From Clostridia bacterium (GTDB lineage Bacteria; Bacillota; Clostridia; RUG12999): a stretch of 64,000 nucleotides of DNA. The number at the start of each line of letters is the position of its first letter. The stretch's first letter is position 1. The position numbers and the translations under genes were made by a program. The notes under the pieces were generated by a model that saw only the letters and a list, made by a program, of their open reading frames with translations, did not search any database and was not told the DNA's origin. Positions 20,679-32,713 of this stretch are shown one piece after another. Where the stretch lies: the NCBI GenBank assembly GCA_022801925.1, contig JAAWTG010000003.1, forward strand, positions 20,611 through 84,610. The letters run 5' to 3'.

Positions 20679-22019
20679 TTGAGCGAACAGGAGGAAAACT
20701 TATTTATTAAACAGCAGCCCTATCATGCGGAGGCGGAACAGTCCGTTTTGGGAGCAGTTATGCTGGATCAGAGTTGTCTTGCAAAAGTGGCGCAGCACCT
20801 AAAAGAGGAAGATTTCTATTTGCGCCAGCACCGCGTGATTTACCGCGCCATGGTGGACATCTGGAACCGGAACGGCTCCATTGATGCAGTCACGCTCAGC
20901 GAGCAGTTGGGCGCGGAATTGGAGGCGGTGGGGGGCTATGCTTATATTGCGCAAATTGCGCAGACGCTCCCCACTACTCAGCATTTGGACGCGTATATCG
21001 ACATCGTGGCGGATATGGCAATTCGGCGGCGGCTGATTGACGCCGCCAGCCACATTGCCAACATCAGTTATGACAAAGAGGACGATCTGCAAAACGTGCT
21101 GTCCGATGCGGAAAGCAGCATTTATAATATTTTGCAGCAGCGGCGGACGGAGAATTTTTCGGCGGTGGGCGACGTGCTGTTTGACAGCTTTGAACACATT
21201 CACCATCTGTTTGTCAACCGCGGCAAAACAACGGGCGTTCCGACAGGATTTCGGGATTTGGATATTGTCACAACAGGCTTGCAGCCTTCGGAGTTGATTA
21301 TCATAGCAGCGCGTCCTGCCATGGGAAAAACCAGTTTTGTGCTGAATGTGGCAATCAACGCGGCAAAAGCGGGCGTTCCGGTTGCGCTGTTCAGTTTGGA
21401 AATGTCCAAAGAACAGCTTGGTACGAGACTGATTTGGTCGGAATCCATGATTAGCGGCGAAAAAATTAAATCAGGTAACATTCGCGACGATGATTGGACG
21501 ACGCTTGCTAAAGTGGTGGGACATATTTCGTCAACCCCGCTTTATATTGATGATTCGCCAGGCATTACCATCACGGAGATGCGCGCGAAATGTAGAAAAT
21601 TGCAATTGGAACACGGTATCGGGCTGATTATCATTGACTATTTGCAGCTGATGCAAGGCGGGCGACGCAGTGAAAACCGGCAGCAGGAAATTTCTGAAAT
21701 TTCCCGCGGACTGAAAGTGCTGGCAAAAGAACTGAATGTGCCTGTTATTGCGCTGTCACAGCTTAGCCGTGCAACGGCAAACAGGACAGACCATAAACCG
21801 ATTCTCAGTGATTTGCGTGAATCAGGTGCCATTGAACAGGATGCAGATATTGTTATGTTCCTCCACCGCGAGGATTACTATAACGAAGAAACAGAAAAGA
21901 AGGGCATTGCGGAATGTATTATTGCAAAACACCGTAATGGACCTGTTTGTACGGTAGAACTGGGCTGGAAGTCCGATATCACGCGCTTTGTCACATTGGA
22001 CAGGCAGCATACGGAGTGA
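20679..22019 (+). CDS. dnaB: Replicative DNA helicase (DnaB family; called DnaC in Bacillus)
   Basis: Walker A ARPAMGKTSF, RecA-like C-terminal domain. TTG start. Confidence 0.95.
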   Translation: MSEQEENLFIKQQPYHAEAEQSVLGAVMLDQSCLAKVAQHLKEEDFYLRQHRVIYRAMVDIWNRNGSIDAVTLSEQLGAELEAVGGYAYIAQIAQTLPTTQHLDAYIDIVADMAIRRRLIDAASHIANISYDKEDDLQNVLSDAESSIYNILQQRRTENFSAVGDVLFDSFEHIHHLFVNRGKTTGVPTGFRDLDIVTTGLQPSELIIIAARPAMGKTSFVLNVAINAAKAGVPVALFSLEMSKEQLGTRLIWSESMISGEKIKSGNIRDDDWTTLAKVVGHISSTPLYIDDSPGITITEMRAKCRKLQLEHGIGLIIIDYLQLMQGGRRSENRQQEISEISRGLKVLAKELNVPVIALSQLSRATANRTDHKPILSDLRESGAIEQDADIVMFLHREDYYNEETEKKGIAECIIAKHRNGPVCTVELGWKSDITRFVTLDRQHTE

Positions 22020-22026
22020 CGCCGAC

Positions 22027-23403
22027 ATGAGACAACTCATAAATAAAGTAGAAAATTATTGTGTGCAGCAGCAATTGCTGGTGTGTGGCGGACGCGTTTT
22101 GGCGGCGCTTAGCGGCGGCGCTGATTCCGTTTGTTTGGTACATATGTTAAAACAGTTGCAGCCGAAATGGAACTTGCAATTGGCAGCGGCGCATTTGCAC
22201 CATGGATTGCGTGGTGCGGACGCGGACGCAGACGCGGCGTTCGCGCGGAAATTGTGTCAAACACTGGATATACCGTTCTATGAAAAAAAAGCGGACGTTG
22301 CCGCATTTGCACGGCAGCAGAACTGTTCTGTGGAAACGGCAGGACGAGGGTTGCGTTATGATTTTTTGGAGCAAACGGCACGGAATTTCGCGGCGGAGAC
22401 GGATGCGGCGGCAGACGTCCGCATTGCAACAGCGCATCATAAAAACGACCAAGCAGAAACGGTTCTCATGCATATGCTGCGCGGCAGCGGCAGCAGGGGA
22501 CTGGCAGGCATACCGCCTAAGCGGGACAATATTATCCGCCCACTGCTTTGTTTGACGCGAGAGGAAATTGAAACATATTTGCAACAGAATGGCATTTCGT
22601 TCCGGACGGACAGTACCAATCTTCGCAGTGACGTCACACGCAACCGCGTGCGGCTGGAGCTGATTCCCCAGCTGAAACGGGACTATAATCCGGAAATTGT
22701 AGAAACACTTTGCCGCACGGCGGAAATTATGCGGCAGCAGCAAACCGACATAGACAAGCAGGCACAGCAGTTTATTCAAAACCATGTAAAACAAGAGAAA
22801 AACGACCGGCGTGTGGCGGCGGGGGAATTGCTGGCGCAGGGTATGACAATAGGTCATGCGGTGCTGTGCCATATGGCGGGCAGTGCGCTGGAATGGGGAC
22901 ATGTGCAGGCAATTTGGCGAATTTTGGAGAAAAATGAAACAGGTTGTCAAATGGATTTGCCGCATGGTATGACTGCCACGCTGTCGTATGGAATTTTAAC
23001 GGTTGGACGCAGGGCAAAAACGATATCGGGATTTTCTTATATACTCAGACCCGGCGAAACCTGTCTGCTGCCGGAACTAGGATGCGTGGCAGGTGTGGAC
23101 TGGGCGGCAGAACAAGATAAAAGGCAGGAATCAGTGCATATCATGCCCTATCATGGAGAGCCTATTGTGATTCGCAGCAGACAGTCGGGCGACCGTATTC
23201 GTACCGGCGGACGGTTGCAGCGGGTCAAACAAATGATGATTGACGCAAAAATTCCACGGGAGCTGCGGGAAAAAATTCCGGTTGTGGAAGTGGGCGGCGA
23301 CATTGTTTGGGTATATGGGCTGCGGCATGCGGATACGCCGCATGATGGGACACCAATGATAAAAATATGGATAAAGGAGAAATCGACATGCATCAGGATT
23401 TAA
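22027..23403 (+). CDS. tilS: tRNA(Ile)-lysidine synthetase TilS
   Basis: PP-loop SGGADSVCL. Start chosen at the ATG after the dnaB stop. Confidence 0.85.
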   Translation: MRQLINKVENYCVQQQLLVCGGRVLAALSGGADSVCLVHMLKQLQPKWNLQLAAAHLHHGLRGADADADAAFARKLCQTLDIPFYEKKADVAAFARQQNCSVETAGRGLRYDFLEQTARNFAAETDAAADVRIATAHHKNDQAETVLMHMLRGSGSRGLAGIPPKRDNIIRPLLCLTREEIETYLQQNGISFRTDSTNLRSDVTRNRVRLELIPQLKRDYNPEIVETLCRTAEIMRQQQTDIDKQAQQFIQNHVKQEKNDRRVAAGELLAQGMTIGHAVLCHMAGSALEWGHVQAIWRILEKNETGCQMDLPHGMTATLSYGILTVGRRAKTISGFSYILRPGETCLLPELGCVAGVDWAAEQDKRQESVHIMPYHGEPIVIRSRQSGDRIRTGGRLQRVKQMMIDAKIPRELREKIPVVEVGGDIVWVYGLRHADTPHDGTPMIKIWIKEKSTCIRI

Positions 23404-23927
23404 AAGAAATTTTGCTCACGCAGCAGCAATTGGCGGACAAAACAAAAGAACTGGCGCAGAGAATTTCAAACGACTATCGAGGGAAAGAGTTTGTGATGGT
23501 GACGGTACTCAAAGGCGGGTTTATCTTTGCTTCCGACTTGGTGCGTCAAATGGACATCGACGTGGATATTAATTTCATGGCGGTTTCCAGCTATGGCAGC
23601 GGCACGCGTTCCAACGGCAACGTGAAAATCGTCAAAGATTTGGACTCCGATATCCGTGGCAAACATGTGTTGATTGTGGAGGACATTGTTGACAGCGGAC
23701 ATACGTTGTCGTTTCTGATGCGGTTGATGAAAGACCGCGGCGCGGTAGATGTGAAGATTTGCACGATTTTAAACAAACCGTCCCGCCGCGAAGTGGATAT
23801 TGATGTGGCGTATCTGGGCTACGACATTCCCGATGAGTTTGTTGTGGGCTATGGATTGGACTATGACGAACGCTACCGCAACCTGCCCTATCTCGGAACT
23901 TTGAAAGAAGAGGTTTATAATTCCTGA
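23388..23927 (+). CDS. hpt: Hypoxanthine-guanine phosphoribosyltransferase
   Basis: PRPP-binding VLIVEDIVDSGHTL. RBS AAAGGAG before the ATG at 23388. Confidence 0.9.
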   Translation: MHQDLKEILLTQQQLADKTKELAQRISNDYRGKEFVMVTVLKGGFIFASDLVRQMDIDVDINFMAVSSYGSGTRSNGNVKIVKDLDSDIRGKHVLIVEDIVDSGHTLSFLMRLMKDRGAVDVKICTILNKPSRREVDIDVAYLGYDIPDEFVVGYGLDYDERYRNLPYLGTLKEEVYNS

Positions 23928-24077
23928 TTTTTAGGTATAATAAAAGGAGCGGCTGCCGGAAGGCGGAGAAAAGAATACATAACTGCATGGAAACCGGCAG
24001 CGGAAAAGTGATAGAATGAATAAAAAAGAGGTGCTATCATTTGGAAATTTTGGGAATTACAAGGTATTTTGGTACTT

Positions 24078-24108
24078 GTAATTTCATATAAAGTATGGTA
24101 TATTATAT
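24078..24108 (+). promoter_or_regulatory. Candidate promoter (TTGTAA-17-TATATT) for ftsH
   Basis: Read in sequence about 80 nt upstream of ftsH. Confidence 0.4.
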
Positions 24109-24188
24109 GATACGGGCATTTTACGAAAAATAACCGTTAGGCTTCGTAATAGAATGACATAGGTTCGGTTAAGGAGAGTGATAGAGCC

Positions 24189-26093
24189 TTGAAGAAATAT
24201 TTGAAAAATATCAGTTTTTATGTTTTGTTGTTTGCCATTATGGTGGTAGTATATATGTTAATTGTGCAGCCGCCCAAGGAAGAACCGAAATATTTTTCCG
24301 ATTTGGTGCAAAGCATAGAACATGACAACGTGGAAGAACTTGTGATTGAAGAAGGACAGGCAACGGCGAAACTAAAAAACAGTGACAAACCAATCGTGGT
24401 AGATGTGCCGAGTATTGGCGCGTTGCTAGAATTCTCTTCTCCGAAACTGAAAGAACAGATGGTGAACGGAACCATTAAGGTGAGCACGCCAACGCCGCAG
24501 CAAATGCCGTGGTGGTTGTCCATGTTCCCCTATTTGATTTTGATTGTCATTATGGTACTGTTCTGGATATTTTTCTTCCGTCAGGCGCAGGGCGGCGGCG
24601 GTGGGAAAGCCATGAATTTTGGAAAAAGCAAGGCAAAAGTGCTTACAGAAGACCAGAAAAAAGTCAACTTTGGCGATGTTGCCGGTGCAGATGAGGAAAA
24701 AGCGGATTTGGAAGAAATTGTGGAATTTTTGAAAAATCCTGCGAAGTATACGGCGCTGGGCGCAAGAATCCCCAAAGGCGTTTTGCTGGTGGGACCTCCG
24801 GGAACCGGTAAAACCCTGCTGGCAAAAGCGGTTGCAGGGGAAGCGGGCGTACCGTTTTTCTCTATTTCAGGTTCCGATTTTGTGGAAATGTTTGTCGGTG
24901 TGGGTGCATCACGTGTGCGCGATTTGTTTGAGGAAGCGAAAAAAGCGACGCCTTCCGTTATTTTTATTGACGAAATTGATGCAGTGGGACGTCACAGAGG
25001 CGCAGGTCTCGGCGGCGGACATGATGAACGTGAGCAGACTTTGAACCAATTGCTGGTGGAAATGGATGGATTTGGCGTCAATGAAGGCGTTATTGTCATT
25101 GCCGCAACCAACCGCCCCGATATTTTAGACCCGGCGCTTTTGCGCCCGGGACGTTTTGACCGTCAAATTGTGGTGAATACACCTGATTTGCAGGGACGCG
25201 TTGATATTTTAAAGGTTCATGCAAGAAACAAAAAATTTATGCCGGATGTGGATTTGAGAGTGGTTGCCAAAACAACTGCCGGATTTACAGGCGCAGATTT
25301 GGAAAACCTGCTGAACGAAGCGGCATTGCTGGCGGCGCGGAAAGATAAAACGGCAATTTCCAACGAAGATATTCAGCAAGCATTGATGAAGGTCATGATG
25401 GGTGCAGAAAAGAAATCGCGCGTCATGAGCGACAAAGAGAAAAAACTGACGGCATACCATGAAGCGGGTCACGCGGTTATCACACGACTGATGCCGGATC
25501 AAGACCCTGTGCATGAGGTGTCCATCATTCCGCGCGGACGCGCAGGCGGATATACCATGCATTTGCCGCAAGAGGATAAGAACTATGCAACGCGTGGCGA
25601 GATGAATGAAACCATTCGCATTTTGCTTGGCGGTCGTGCGGCGGAGAAAATTATTTTGGGAGACATCAGTACAGGTGCGTCCAATGACATTGAACGTGCT
25701 TCCGATACGGCGCGCAAAATGGTGACGCGTTACGGAATGAGTGATAAATTGGGACCCATTACGTTTGGAACCGCGCATGAAGAGGTGTTTATCGGACGTG
25801 ACTATAATCAGATGCGCAATTACAGCGAAGATGTGGCAATTCAGATTGACGAAGAAGTGCATAGCATTGTAAACGAAGCATATCAGGATTGTATCAATTT
25901 GCTCACGGAGCATATTGACAAACTGCATGTGATTGCAAAAGCGCTTCTTGAATTTGAAAAATTAGACGGTAAAACCTTTGAAAAACTGTTTTCCGGCGAC
26001 ACGGCGGCTGCGGAAGCGGCGCTGGACGCACAGCGGGAAGAAGAGAACCAAGAGGAAAAAGTCATGGATACAGAAGAAAAAACAGAAGAATAG
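24189..26093 (+). CDS. ftsH: ATP-dependent zinc metalloprotease FtsH
   Basis: AAA+ motifs (GPPGTGKT, second region of homology SRH) and the HEAGH zinc site. Confidence 0.95.
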   Translation: MKKYLKNISFYVLLFAIMVVVYMLIVQPPKEEPKYFSDLVQSIEHDNVEELVIEEGQATAKLKNSDKPIVVDVPSIGALLEFSSPKLKEQMVNGTIKVSTPTPQQMPWWLSMFPYLILIVIMVLFWIFFFRQAQGGGGGKAMNFGKSKAKVLTEDQKKVNFGDVAGADEEKADLEEIVEFLKNPAKYTALGARIPKGVLLVGPPGTGKTLLAKAVAGEAGVPFFSISGSDFVEMFVGVGASRVRDLFEEAKKATPSVIFIDEIDAVGRHRGAGLGGGHDEREQTLNQLLVEMDGFGVNEGVIVIAATNRPDILDPALLRPGRFDRQIVVNTPDLQGRVDILKVHARNKKFMPDVDLRVVAKTTAGFTGADLENLLNEAALLAARKDKTAISNEDIQQALMKVMMGAEKKSRVMSDKEKKLTAYHEAGHAVITRLMPDQDPVHEVSIIPRGRAGGYTMHLPQEDKNYATRGEMNETIRILLGGRAAEKIILGDISTGASNDIERASDTARKMVTRYGMSDKLGPITFGTAHEEVFIGRDYNQMRNYSEDVAIQIDEEVHSIVNEAYQDCINLLTEHIDKLHVIAKALLEFEKLDGKTFEKLFSGDTAAAEAALDAQREEENQEEKVMDTEEKTEE

Positions 26094-26100
26094 GTTTGTG

Positions 26101-26133
26101 GAAAGAGGGTTCGCGGTTCGCGCTCCCTCTTTC
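26101..26133 (+). terminator. Hairpin after ftsH (9-bp stem GAAAGAGGG/CCCTCTTTC) with a weak U-tail
   Basis: Read in sequence. The downstream T-run is poor. Confidence 0.4.
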
Positions 26134-26248
26134 GTGATATCATAACCGGCTTGCAGCAGCAGGAAAAATCGTGTTTGCAGGAAGAATTTGGGGAGGCAAA
26201 AAGAGTCCGGCAGAGCCGGGTGCAATAAGAGAAAGGAATGTCAATGAT

Positions 26249-28981
26249 ATGAAGATGATGGAAAAACTCTTCGGCACATATAGCGACAGGGAACTCAAAC
26301 GGATTTACCCGATTGTCGATAAGATTGAAGCGTTGGAAGAGGATATGAAACAATTAACGGACGAACAACTGCGTGGCAAAACAGCGGAGTTTAAGGATCG
26401 GCTGGCAAACGGAGAAACCTTGGATGATTTGCTGCCGGAAGCATTTGCGGTGGTTCGGGAAGCGGCGGACAGAGTGCTGGGACAGCGGCATTTCCGTGTG
26501 CAGCTCATTGGTGGTATTATTTTGCACCAGGGACGTATTGCAGAGATGAAAACAGGGGAAGGAAAAACATTAGTATCAACGCTTCCTGCCTATTTGAATG
26601 CCCTAACAGGCAAAGGTGTTCACATTGTCACAGTCAACGATTATTTGGCAAACTATGCAAGCGAACTGATGGGGAAGGTGCACCGGTTTTTAGGGCTTAG
26701 CGTGGGACTGATTGTCAATGGATTGGATAATAATGAACGGCAAAAGGCATATGCAGCAGATATCACCTATGGAACAAATAATGAACTGGGATTTGACTAT
26801 CTGCGTGATAATATGGTGATTTATAAAGAGCAGATGGTACAGCGCGGACACAATTATGCGATTGTGGACGAAATTGACTCCATTTTGATTGACGAAGCAC
26901 GAACACCGTTGATTATTTCCGGCGCCGGCGATAAATCAACGGATATGTACACCATTGTAGACCGGTTTGTGGCGCGGTTGACGCCTATTAAACGGGCGGA
27001 GTTTGATTCCAAAGAGAACTTCGATGACCTTGACGGTGATTATTTGGTGGACGAAAAACAAAAAACAGTTACACTGACGCAGCGCGGTATCAAAAAAGCG
27101 GAGGAAGCGTTTCATATTGATAACTTGTCTGACCCTGAAAACATGGCGCTGCAGCACCACATCAATCAGGCGATTCGTGCGCACGGTATCATGCGCCGCG
27201 ATATTGACTATGTGGTGAAAGATGATGAAGTTCTGATTGTTGATGAATTTACAGGTCGTATTATGATTGGCCGCCGCTATAGTGAAGGTCTGCATCAAGC
27301 AATTGAAGCTAAAGAAGGCGTGAAAGTAGAAAGGGAAAGCAAAACGCTGGCAACGATTACGTTCCAGAACTATTTCCGTCTCTATGATAAATTAGCAGGT
27401 ATGACCGGTACCGCGCTGACAGAAGAACAGGAATTTCGTGAAATTTATGGGCTGGACGTGGTGGAAGTGCCAACAAACCGCCCGATGATACGAAAAGATT
27501 TGTCTGACGTTGTCTATAAAACAGAGGACGCGAAATTCCGCGCGGTAGTAGAGCAGATTAAAGAATGCTATGAAAACGGACAGCCGGTGCTGGTGGGTAC
27601 CATTTCCATTGAAAAATCCGAATTACTCAGCAAAATGCTGAAAAAACAGGGGATTCCGCATCAGGTGTTGAATGCGAAATTTCATGACAAGGAAGCGCAA
27701 ATCATTGCGCAGGCGGGTAAATCGGGCGCAGTGACCATTGCAACCAACATGGCGGGTCGTGGTACGGATATTATGCTGGGCGGTAACGCGGAATATTTGG
27801 CGCGCAACGCCATGGAAAAAGATGGCTACGAACCGGAACTGATTTTTGAAGCGACAGGATTTGCAGAAACAGATGACGAAGAAGTTTTAAACGCAAGAAA
27901 AGTCTATCAGGACTACTATGAAAAATTTAAAGAACAAATCAGCGATGCGCGTGAAGAAGTAATTCGGGCGGGCGGCTTGTTTATCGTAGGTACCGAACGG
28001 CATGAATCACGTCGTATTGATAACCAGCTGCGCGGACGTGCAGGACGTCAGGGAGACCCCGGTTCTTCGCGGTTTTTCATTTCGCTGGAGGACGACCTCA
28101 TGCGCCTGTTTGGTTCCGACCGTGTGAAAAAAGTGGTGGAAACCATGGGGCTGGAAGATGACGAACCCATTGAACACAACATGCTGACCAAAGCCATCAG
28201 CACGGCGCAGAGCCGCATTGAAGGCAGAAACTTTGAATCTCGTAAACACGTGCTGCAATATGATGAAGTGATGAACCAGCAACGTAAAATTATCTATAGT
28301 CAGCGGCAGCAGGTATTGGACGGTGAAGACCTCAAAGAGAACATCACGAATATGATAGAAGAATATTTCAGCGATATGGTAGACCGTTATACGGCGGGCG
28401 ATATCGTGGACGACTGGAATCTGATTGGCTTAGCGTCTGAAGTGGAAGGCATTCTGTTTGAGCCGGGTGAATTTGCCTATCAGCAGGAAGAGTTGGATTC
28501 GTTGGAACGCGACGACTTGAAAGAGCGCATTCTGGAGCGCGCAATGGAAAAATATAAAGCGCAGGAAGAACTCATTGGCACGGAACAAATGCGGGAAGTG
28601 GAACGCGTGATTATGCTGCAAAACGTAGACCGTAAATGGATGGATCACATTGACAGTATGGATCAGCTCAAACGCGGTATTACCCTGCGCGCCTATGCAC
28701 AGCGCGATCCGGTTGTGGAATATAAATACGAAGGTATGGACATGTTTGAGGAGATGATTAACTCCATCAAAGAGGATACGGCGCGCATGGTGCTGACGGT
28801 GAAATTCCGCACACCGCCGCAGCGGGAACAAGTGGCAAAACCGACGACGGCTTCCCATGGTGGCGAAGAAGGCGGCGTGAAAAAGACCGTTGTGAAAAAA
28901 CAAAAAGTGGGACGTAACGACCCATGTCCTTGCGGCAGCGGCAAGAAATATAAAAAATGCTGCGGCATGAATGAGGAATAA
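26249..28981 (+). CDS. secA: Preprotein translocase ATPase SecA, with a C-terminal zinc-binding CxC...KKCC tail
   Basis: [10 protein letters not shown]-terminus, DEAD-like motor motifs, and C-terminal [14 protein letters not shown]. Confidence 0.95.
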   Translation: MKMMEKLFGTYSDRELKRIYPIVDKIEALEEDMKQLTDEQLRGKTAEFKDRLANGETLDDLLPEAFAVVREAADRVLGQRHFRVQLIGGIILHQGRIAEMKTGEGKTLVSTLPAYLNALTGKGVHIVTVNDYLANYASELMGKVHRFLGLSVGLIVNGLDNNERQKAYAADITYGTNNELGFDYLRDNMVIYKEQMVQRGHNYAIVDEIDSILIDEARTPLIISGAGDKSTDMYTIVDRFVARLTPIKRAEFDSKENFDDLDGDYLVDEKQKTVTLTQRGIKKAEEAFHIDNLSDPENMALQHHINQAIRAHGIMRRDIDYVVKDDEVLIVDEFTGRIMIGRRYSEGLHQAIEAKEGVKVERESKTLATITFQNYFRLYDKLAGMTGTALTEEQEFREIYGLDVVEVPTNRPMIRKDLSDVVYKTEDAKFRAVVEQIKECYENGQPVLVGTISIEKSELLSKMLKKQGIPHQVLNAKFHDKEAQIIAQAGKSGAVTIATNMAGRGTDIMLGGNAEYLARNAMEKDGYEPELIFEATGFAETDDEEVLNARKVYQDYYEKFKEQISDAREEVIRAGGLFIVGTERHESRRIDNQLRGRAGRQGDPGSSRFFISLEDDLMRLFGSDRVKKVVETMGLEDDEPIEHNMLTKAISTAQSRIEGRNFESRKHVLQYDEVMNQQRKIIYSQRQQVLDGEDLKENITNMIEEYFSDMVDRYTAGDIVDDWNLIGLASEVEGILFEPGEFAYQQEELDSLERDDLKERILERAMEKYKAQEELIGTEQMREVERVIMLQNVDRKWMDHIDSMDQLKRGITLRAYAQRDPVVEYKYEGMDMFEEMINSIKEDTARMVLTVKFRTPPQREQVAKPTTASHGGEEGGVKKTVVKKQKVGRNDPCPCGSGKKYKKCCGMNEE

Positions 28982-29069
28982 AAAAATAGAGACGCTGCAA
29001 AAAAGCGTTTTACATGCAAATGCAGACGCTGCAACGTTTAAAATAAATCAAAAAAAGGGAAGTGAAAAA

Positions 29070-30174
29070 ATGATTGATTTGGAGCAATACCGTTTGGATA
29101 CCAAGTCCATGGAAAATCAATTAAAAGAATTGGGGGATTCACTTTAACATCGCTAAAGTGAAACTGGAAATTGCAGACTTGGAACAGCAGCAGACCGCCG
29201 AAGGGTTTTGGGACGACATGGAAGCGTCCAGCAAGGTGCTGCAAAAGACGAAACAACTGAAAAACAAAGTGGATAAATTTGAAACGCTTTGCGGCGAGCG
29301 AGAGGATTTGTTGGTTCTGATTGAAATGATGCAGGAGGAACCGGACGAATCCATGGAGGAAGCAATCCAGTCGGCATATGCGCAGCTCGCAGAGAAGCTG
29401 GAGCAAATGAAACTGGATACGCTGCTCAGCGGCCCATATGACAAAAACAATGCCATTATTGCGCTTCACGCGGGCGCGGGCGGCACAGAAGCACAGGACT
29501 GGGCGCAAATGCTAATGCGCATGTATCTGCGCTGGGCGGAGCGGCATGGATTCAGCACAAAAGTGCTGGATTTATTGGACGGCGAAGAAGCGGGCGTGAA
29601 AAGCGCCAGCATTTTGATTGAAGGGGAAAACGCCTATGGTTATTTGAAATGCGAAAAAGGCGTGCACCGACTGGTGCGGATTTCTCCGTTTGACGCGTCG
29701 GGGCGACGGCATACCTCATTCGCGTCGCTGGATGTGATGCCGGAATTTGACGACGACATTGAAATCAATATCAGTCCCGAGGATTTGCGCGTGGATACCT
29801 ACCGCGCAAGCGGCGCGGGCGGACAGCACGTCAACAAAACAGAATCCGCTGTCCGTATCACACATTTGCCAACGGGCGTGGTGGTTTCCTGTCAGACGGA
29901 ACGTTCCCAGATTCAAAACAGGGAAACCGCTATGAAAATGCTGAAATCCAAACTGCTGGAAATTGCAGAACGTGAAAAAATGGAAAAAATTGAAGATATC
30001 AAAGGCGAAATGAAAGAAATCGGCTGGGGAAGCCAAATCCGCTCGTATGTGTTTCATCCCTACACTATGGCAAAAGACCACCGCACGGATTTTGAGGTGG
30101 GCAATATCGGCGCAGTGATGGACGGCGAACTGGACGGATTTATTCAGGCGTATTTGAAAGCAAACGTAGAGTGA
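29070..30174 (+). CDS. prfB: Peptide chain release factor 2, translated via a programmed +1 frameshift at CTT-TAA-C (29142-29148). ORF1 is 25 codons, then the frame shifts into 29146->30174.
   Basis: ATG at 29070 with a GGGAAG RBS. An internal SD-like GGGGG lies 5 nt before CTT TAA C. The downstream frame encodes GGQ, SPF and the rest of RF2. Confidence 0.9.
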
Positions 30175-30192
30175 AAAAAGAGGAGGCGCAAC

Positions 30193-31434
30193 ATGTATAA
30201 CAATAAAGTACACACGCCGGTAGGAAGCTGTGATGTTTTACAGAAAGAAAAGAAAGCAAAAAACAGAATCGAACAAATCTGTATGCAGCATTTTGCGGCG
30301 CATGGTTATGCGGATGTGCAGACTCCAATGTTTGAATTCTTAGATGTGTTCACAGGTGAATATGGTTGCAGCGGCGAAGAAAATATGCTGAAATTTTTTG
30401 ATGCAAAAGGCAGGATTCTGGCGCTGCGTCCCGATATCACGCCGCCCATTGCGCGGATTGCGGCGACAAAACTCAGCGGACAGCCGCTGCCGCTCAAACT
30501 TTCCTATGTGGGGCCGGCGTTTCGCGGCGGCGAAGCCTATGGCGGCGAAAAGCAAAAGGAGTTTACCCAAGCGGGCGTGGAATTGATGGGCGTAAACTCG
30601 CCCGAAGCGGATGCTGAGGTGATTGCGCTGACTGTGCAATGCCTACTTGCGGCGGACTTAAAAGAATTTCAAATTGACTTGGGGCAAATGGGATTTTTCA
30701 AGGCATTGGTGCAGGAAGCGGGTCTCAGCGCAGAGGATATCGACCAACTGGTGGATATCATTGACCACAAAGATTTTATCAACATGGAAACCTTCACACA
30801 AGCGCATGATATGCCGGAGGAACTGCGGAATGTGTTTGTGAAACTGCCGACGCTGTTCGGTGATATTGACGTCGTCCGGAGTTTACGTGAGAATCATTTG
30901 CCTGCGGCAGCGCTGGCGGCGCTGGACAACCTGATTGAAATTTATGAAATTTTGCGGGACTACGGCGTGCAGGATTACATATCAATCGACTTGGGCATGG
31001 TGAAAAACTTCACGTATTATACCGGCGTGGTGTTCAAAGGGTTCACGCATCATGTCGGATTCCCCATCTGTGGCGGCGGACGGTATGATAATTTGGTCGC
31101 GCAGTTTGGACGGGACATTCCGGGCGCGGGCGTGGCAATTTGGGTAGACCGTGTGCTTGCGGCATTGCAGCGCAGCGGTGTGGCGCTGGAGTCTCCGGCG
31201 CCGGATACCGTGGTGAGTTATGCCAAAGGGTGCCGCGCATTGGCGTTTCAGGTGGCGGAGGAGTTCCGGCGGCAGGGAATGCTGGTGGATTTATACCTCG
31301 GAGACGGCGACGCGGCGGCATATGCGAAGGAAAAAGGCGTTGGCGGTATGGCGTATGTGCGAGACGACAGCCACGTGGATGTGACAAATTTCCAGACGGG
31401 TGAAGTGAACACCTTGGACATGGATAAGATATAA
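30193..31434 (+). CDS. hisZ: ATP phosphoribosyltransferase regulatory subunit HisZ (HisRS-like)
   Basis: Class-II aaRS-like core without an anticodon-binding domain, adjacent to a short-form hisG. Confidence 0.85.
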   Translation: MYNNKVHTPVGSCDVLQKEKKAKNRIEQICMQHFAAHGYADVQTPMFEFLDVFTGEYGCSGEENMLKFFDAKGRILALRPDITPPIARIAATKLSGQPLPLKLSYVGPAFRGGEAYGGEKQKEFTQAGVELMGVNSPEADAEVIALTVQCLLAADLKEFQIDLGQMGFFKALVQEAGLSAEDIDQLVDIIDHKDFINMETFTQAHDMPEELRNVFVKLPTLFGDIDVVRSLRENHLPAAALAALDNLIEIYEILRDYGVQDYISIDLGMVKNFTYYTGVVFKGFTHHVGFPICGGGRYDNLVAQFGRDIPGAGVAIWVDRVLAALQRSGVALESPAPDTVVSYAKGCRALAFQVAEEFRRQGMLVDLYLGDGDAAAYAKEKGVGGMAYVRDDSHVDVTNFQTGEVNTLDMDKI

Positions 31435-31448
31435 GGGGGCGCCGAAAG

Positions 31449-32099
31449 ATGGAAAATTATTTGACGGTTGCGCTGGCAAAAGGCAGACTGGCGGAAACGG
31501 CAATTGGTTTGTTTGAAAAAATGGGCTATGATTGCAGCCAGATGAGGGAAAAATCGCGCAAGCTGATTTTTACCGATGAAGCAAAAAAAGCGAAATTTAT
31601 TTTGGTAAAAGCATCGGACGTTCCGGTTTATGTGGAATATGGCGCGGCAGATATCGGTATTGTCGGGCGAGATACGATATTACAAGAGGGGCGCAACCTC
31701 TATGAAACGTTAGACCTTGGTTTTGGAAAATGCAAAATGGCGGTCTGCGGTCCGGCAGATATGAAAGACAAGTTTTCAGGTATGGCAAATTTGCGCGTAG
31801 CGAGTAAATATACCAATATTGCGCGGGAATATTTCCACATCGGCAAAGGGCAGACAGTGGAAATCATTCCGTTGAGCGGTTCGGTGGAACTGGCGCCGCT
31901 GGTAGGACTTTCAGAAGTGATTGTCGACATTGTGGAAAGCGGAAAAACCTTGAAAGAAAACGGATTGGAAGTGCTGGAAGTGATTTGCGACCTCAGTGCT
32001 TGGCTGGTGGTAAACCGCGTCAGTATGAAAATGAAACGGGAAACCATTATGGAAATTGTGACAAATATGAAAGAGCTTATCAAAGGGGAGTGCTTATGA
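31449..32099 (+). CDS. hisG: ATP phosphoribosyltransferase, short form
   Basis: 216 aa, [15 protein letters not shown]-terminus. Confidence 0.9.
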   Translation: MENYLTVALAKGRLAETAIGLFEKMGYDCSQMREKSRKLIFTDEAKKAKFILVKASDVPVYVEYGAADIGIVGRDTILQEGRNLYETLDLGFGKCKMAVCGPADMKDKFSGMANLRVASKYTNIAREYFHIGKGQTVEIIPLSGSVELAPLVGLSEVIVDIVESGKTLKENGLEVLEVICDLSAWLVVNRVSMKMKRETIMEIVTNMKELIKGECL

Positions 32100-32701
32100 T
32101 AGCGATTATCGACTATGGCGCGGGAAATTTGAAAAGTGTGGAAAAAGCGTTTTTGCATTTGGGCTGTGATGTGATGGTAACAGGGGATAAGGCGGAGATT
32201 GAGGCGGCGGATAAAGTGATTCTGCCGGGTGTCGGCGCGTTTGGACATTGTGTGGAAGCGCTGCACCGCGCCGGTATGGAGGAAGTCGTGCACCTTGTGG
32301 CGCAGCGCGGTACGCCGCTGCTGGGCATTTGCGTGGGACTCCAATTGATGTTTGAAGAAAGCGAAGAAAGTCCGGGTGCTAAGGGACTGGGACTGTTCAA
32401 AGGAAAAATTGTTAAAATTCCGCCGGCGGACGGATTGAAAATTCCGCAGATGGGCTGGAATTGTCTCACTGTAAACGAAAAGTCCCGCTTGCTGAAAGGG
32501 ATTCCAAATGATACGTTTGTCTATTTTGTGCATTCCTTCTATCCCAAACTGGATAATCCGGCGGACAGCATTGCACGGAGTACCTACGGCATTCCGTTTG
32601 ATGTGGCGGTGGAACGCGGCAACGTGTTTGCAACGCAGTTCCATCCGGAAAAAAGCGGAGAATGGGGACTGCACATATTAGAGAATTTTGCGAAATTATA
32701 G
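32096..32701 (+). CDS. hisH: Imidazole glycerol phosphate synthase glutaminase subunit
   Basis: [12 protein letters not shown] and the catalytic GICVGLQ. The ATG overlaps the hisG stop (ATGA). Confidence 0.9.
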   Translation: MIAIIDYGAGNLKSVEKAFLHLGCDVMVTGDKAEIEAADKVILPGVGAFGHCVEALHRAGMEEVVHLVAQRGTPLLGICVGLQLMFEESEESPGAKGLGLFKGKIVKIPPADGLKIPQMGWNCLTVNEKSRLLKGIPNDTFVYFVHSFYPKLDNPADSIARSTYGIPFDVAVERGNVFATQFHPEKSGEWGLHILENFAKL

Positions 32702-32713
32702 GAGGCGGAAAAC

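Noticed and set aside
29148-29160. Treating RF2 as two separate genes or a pseudogene because of the in-frame stop
   Set aside because: The stop sits in the conserved CTT-stop-C shift context with an upstream SD-like GGGGG, and the +1 frame encodes full-length RF2. This is the well-known programmed frameshift.
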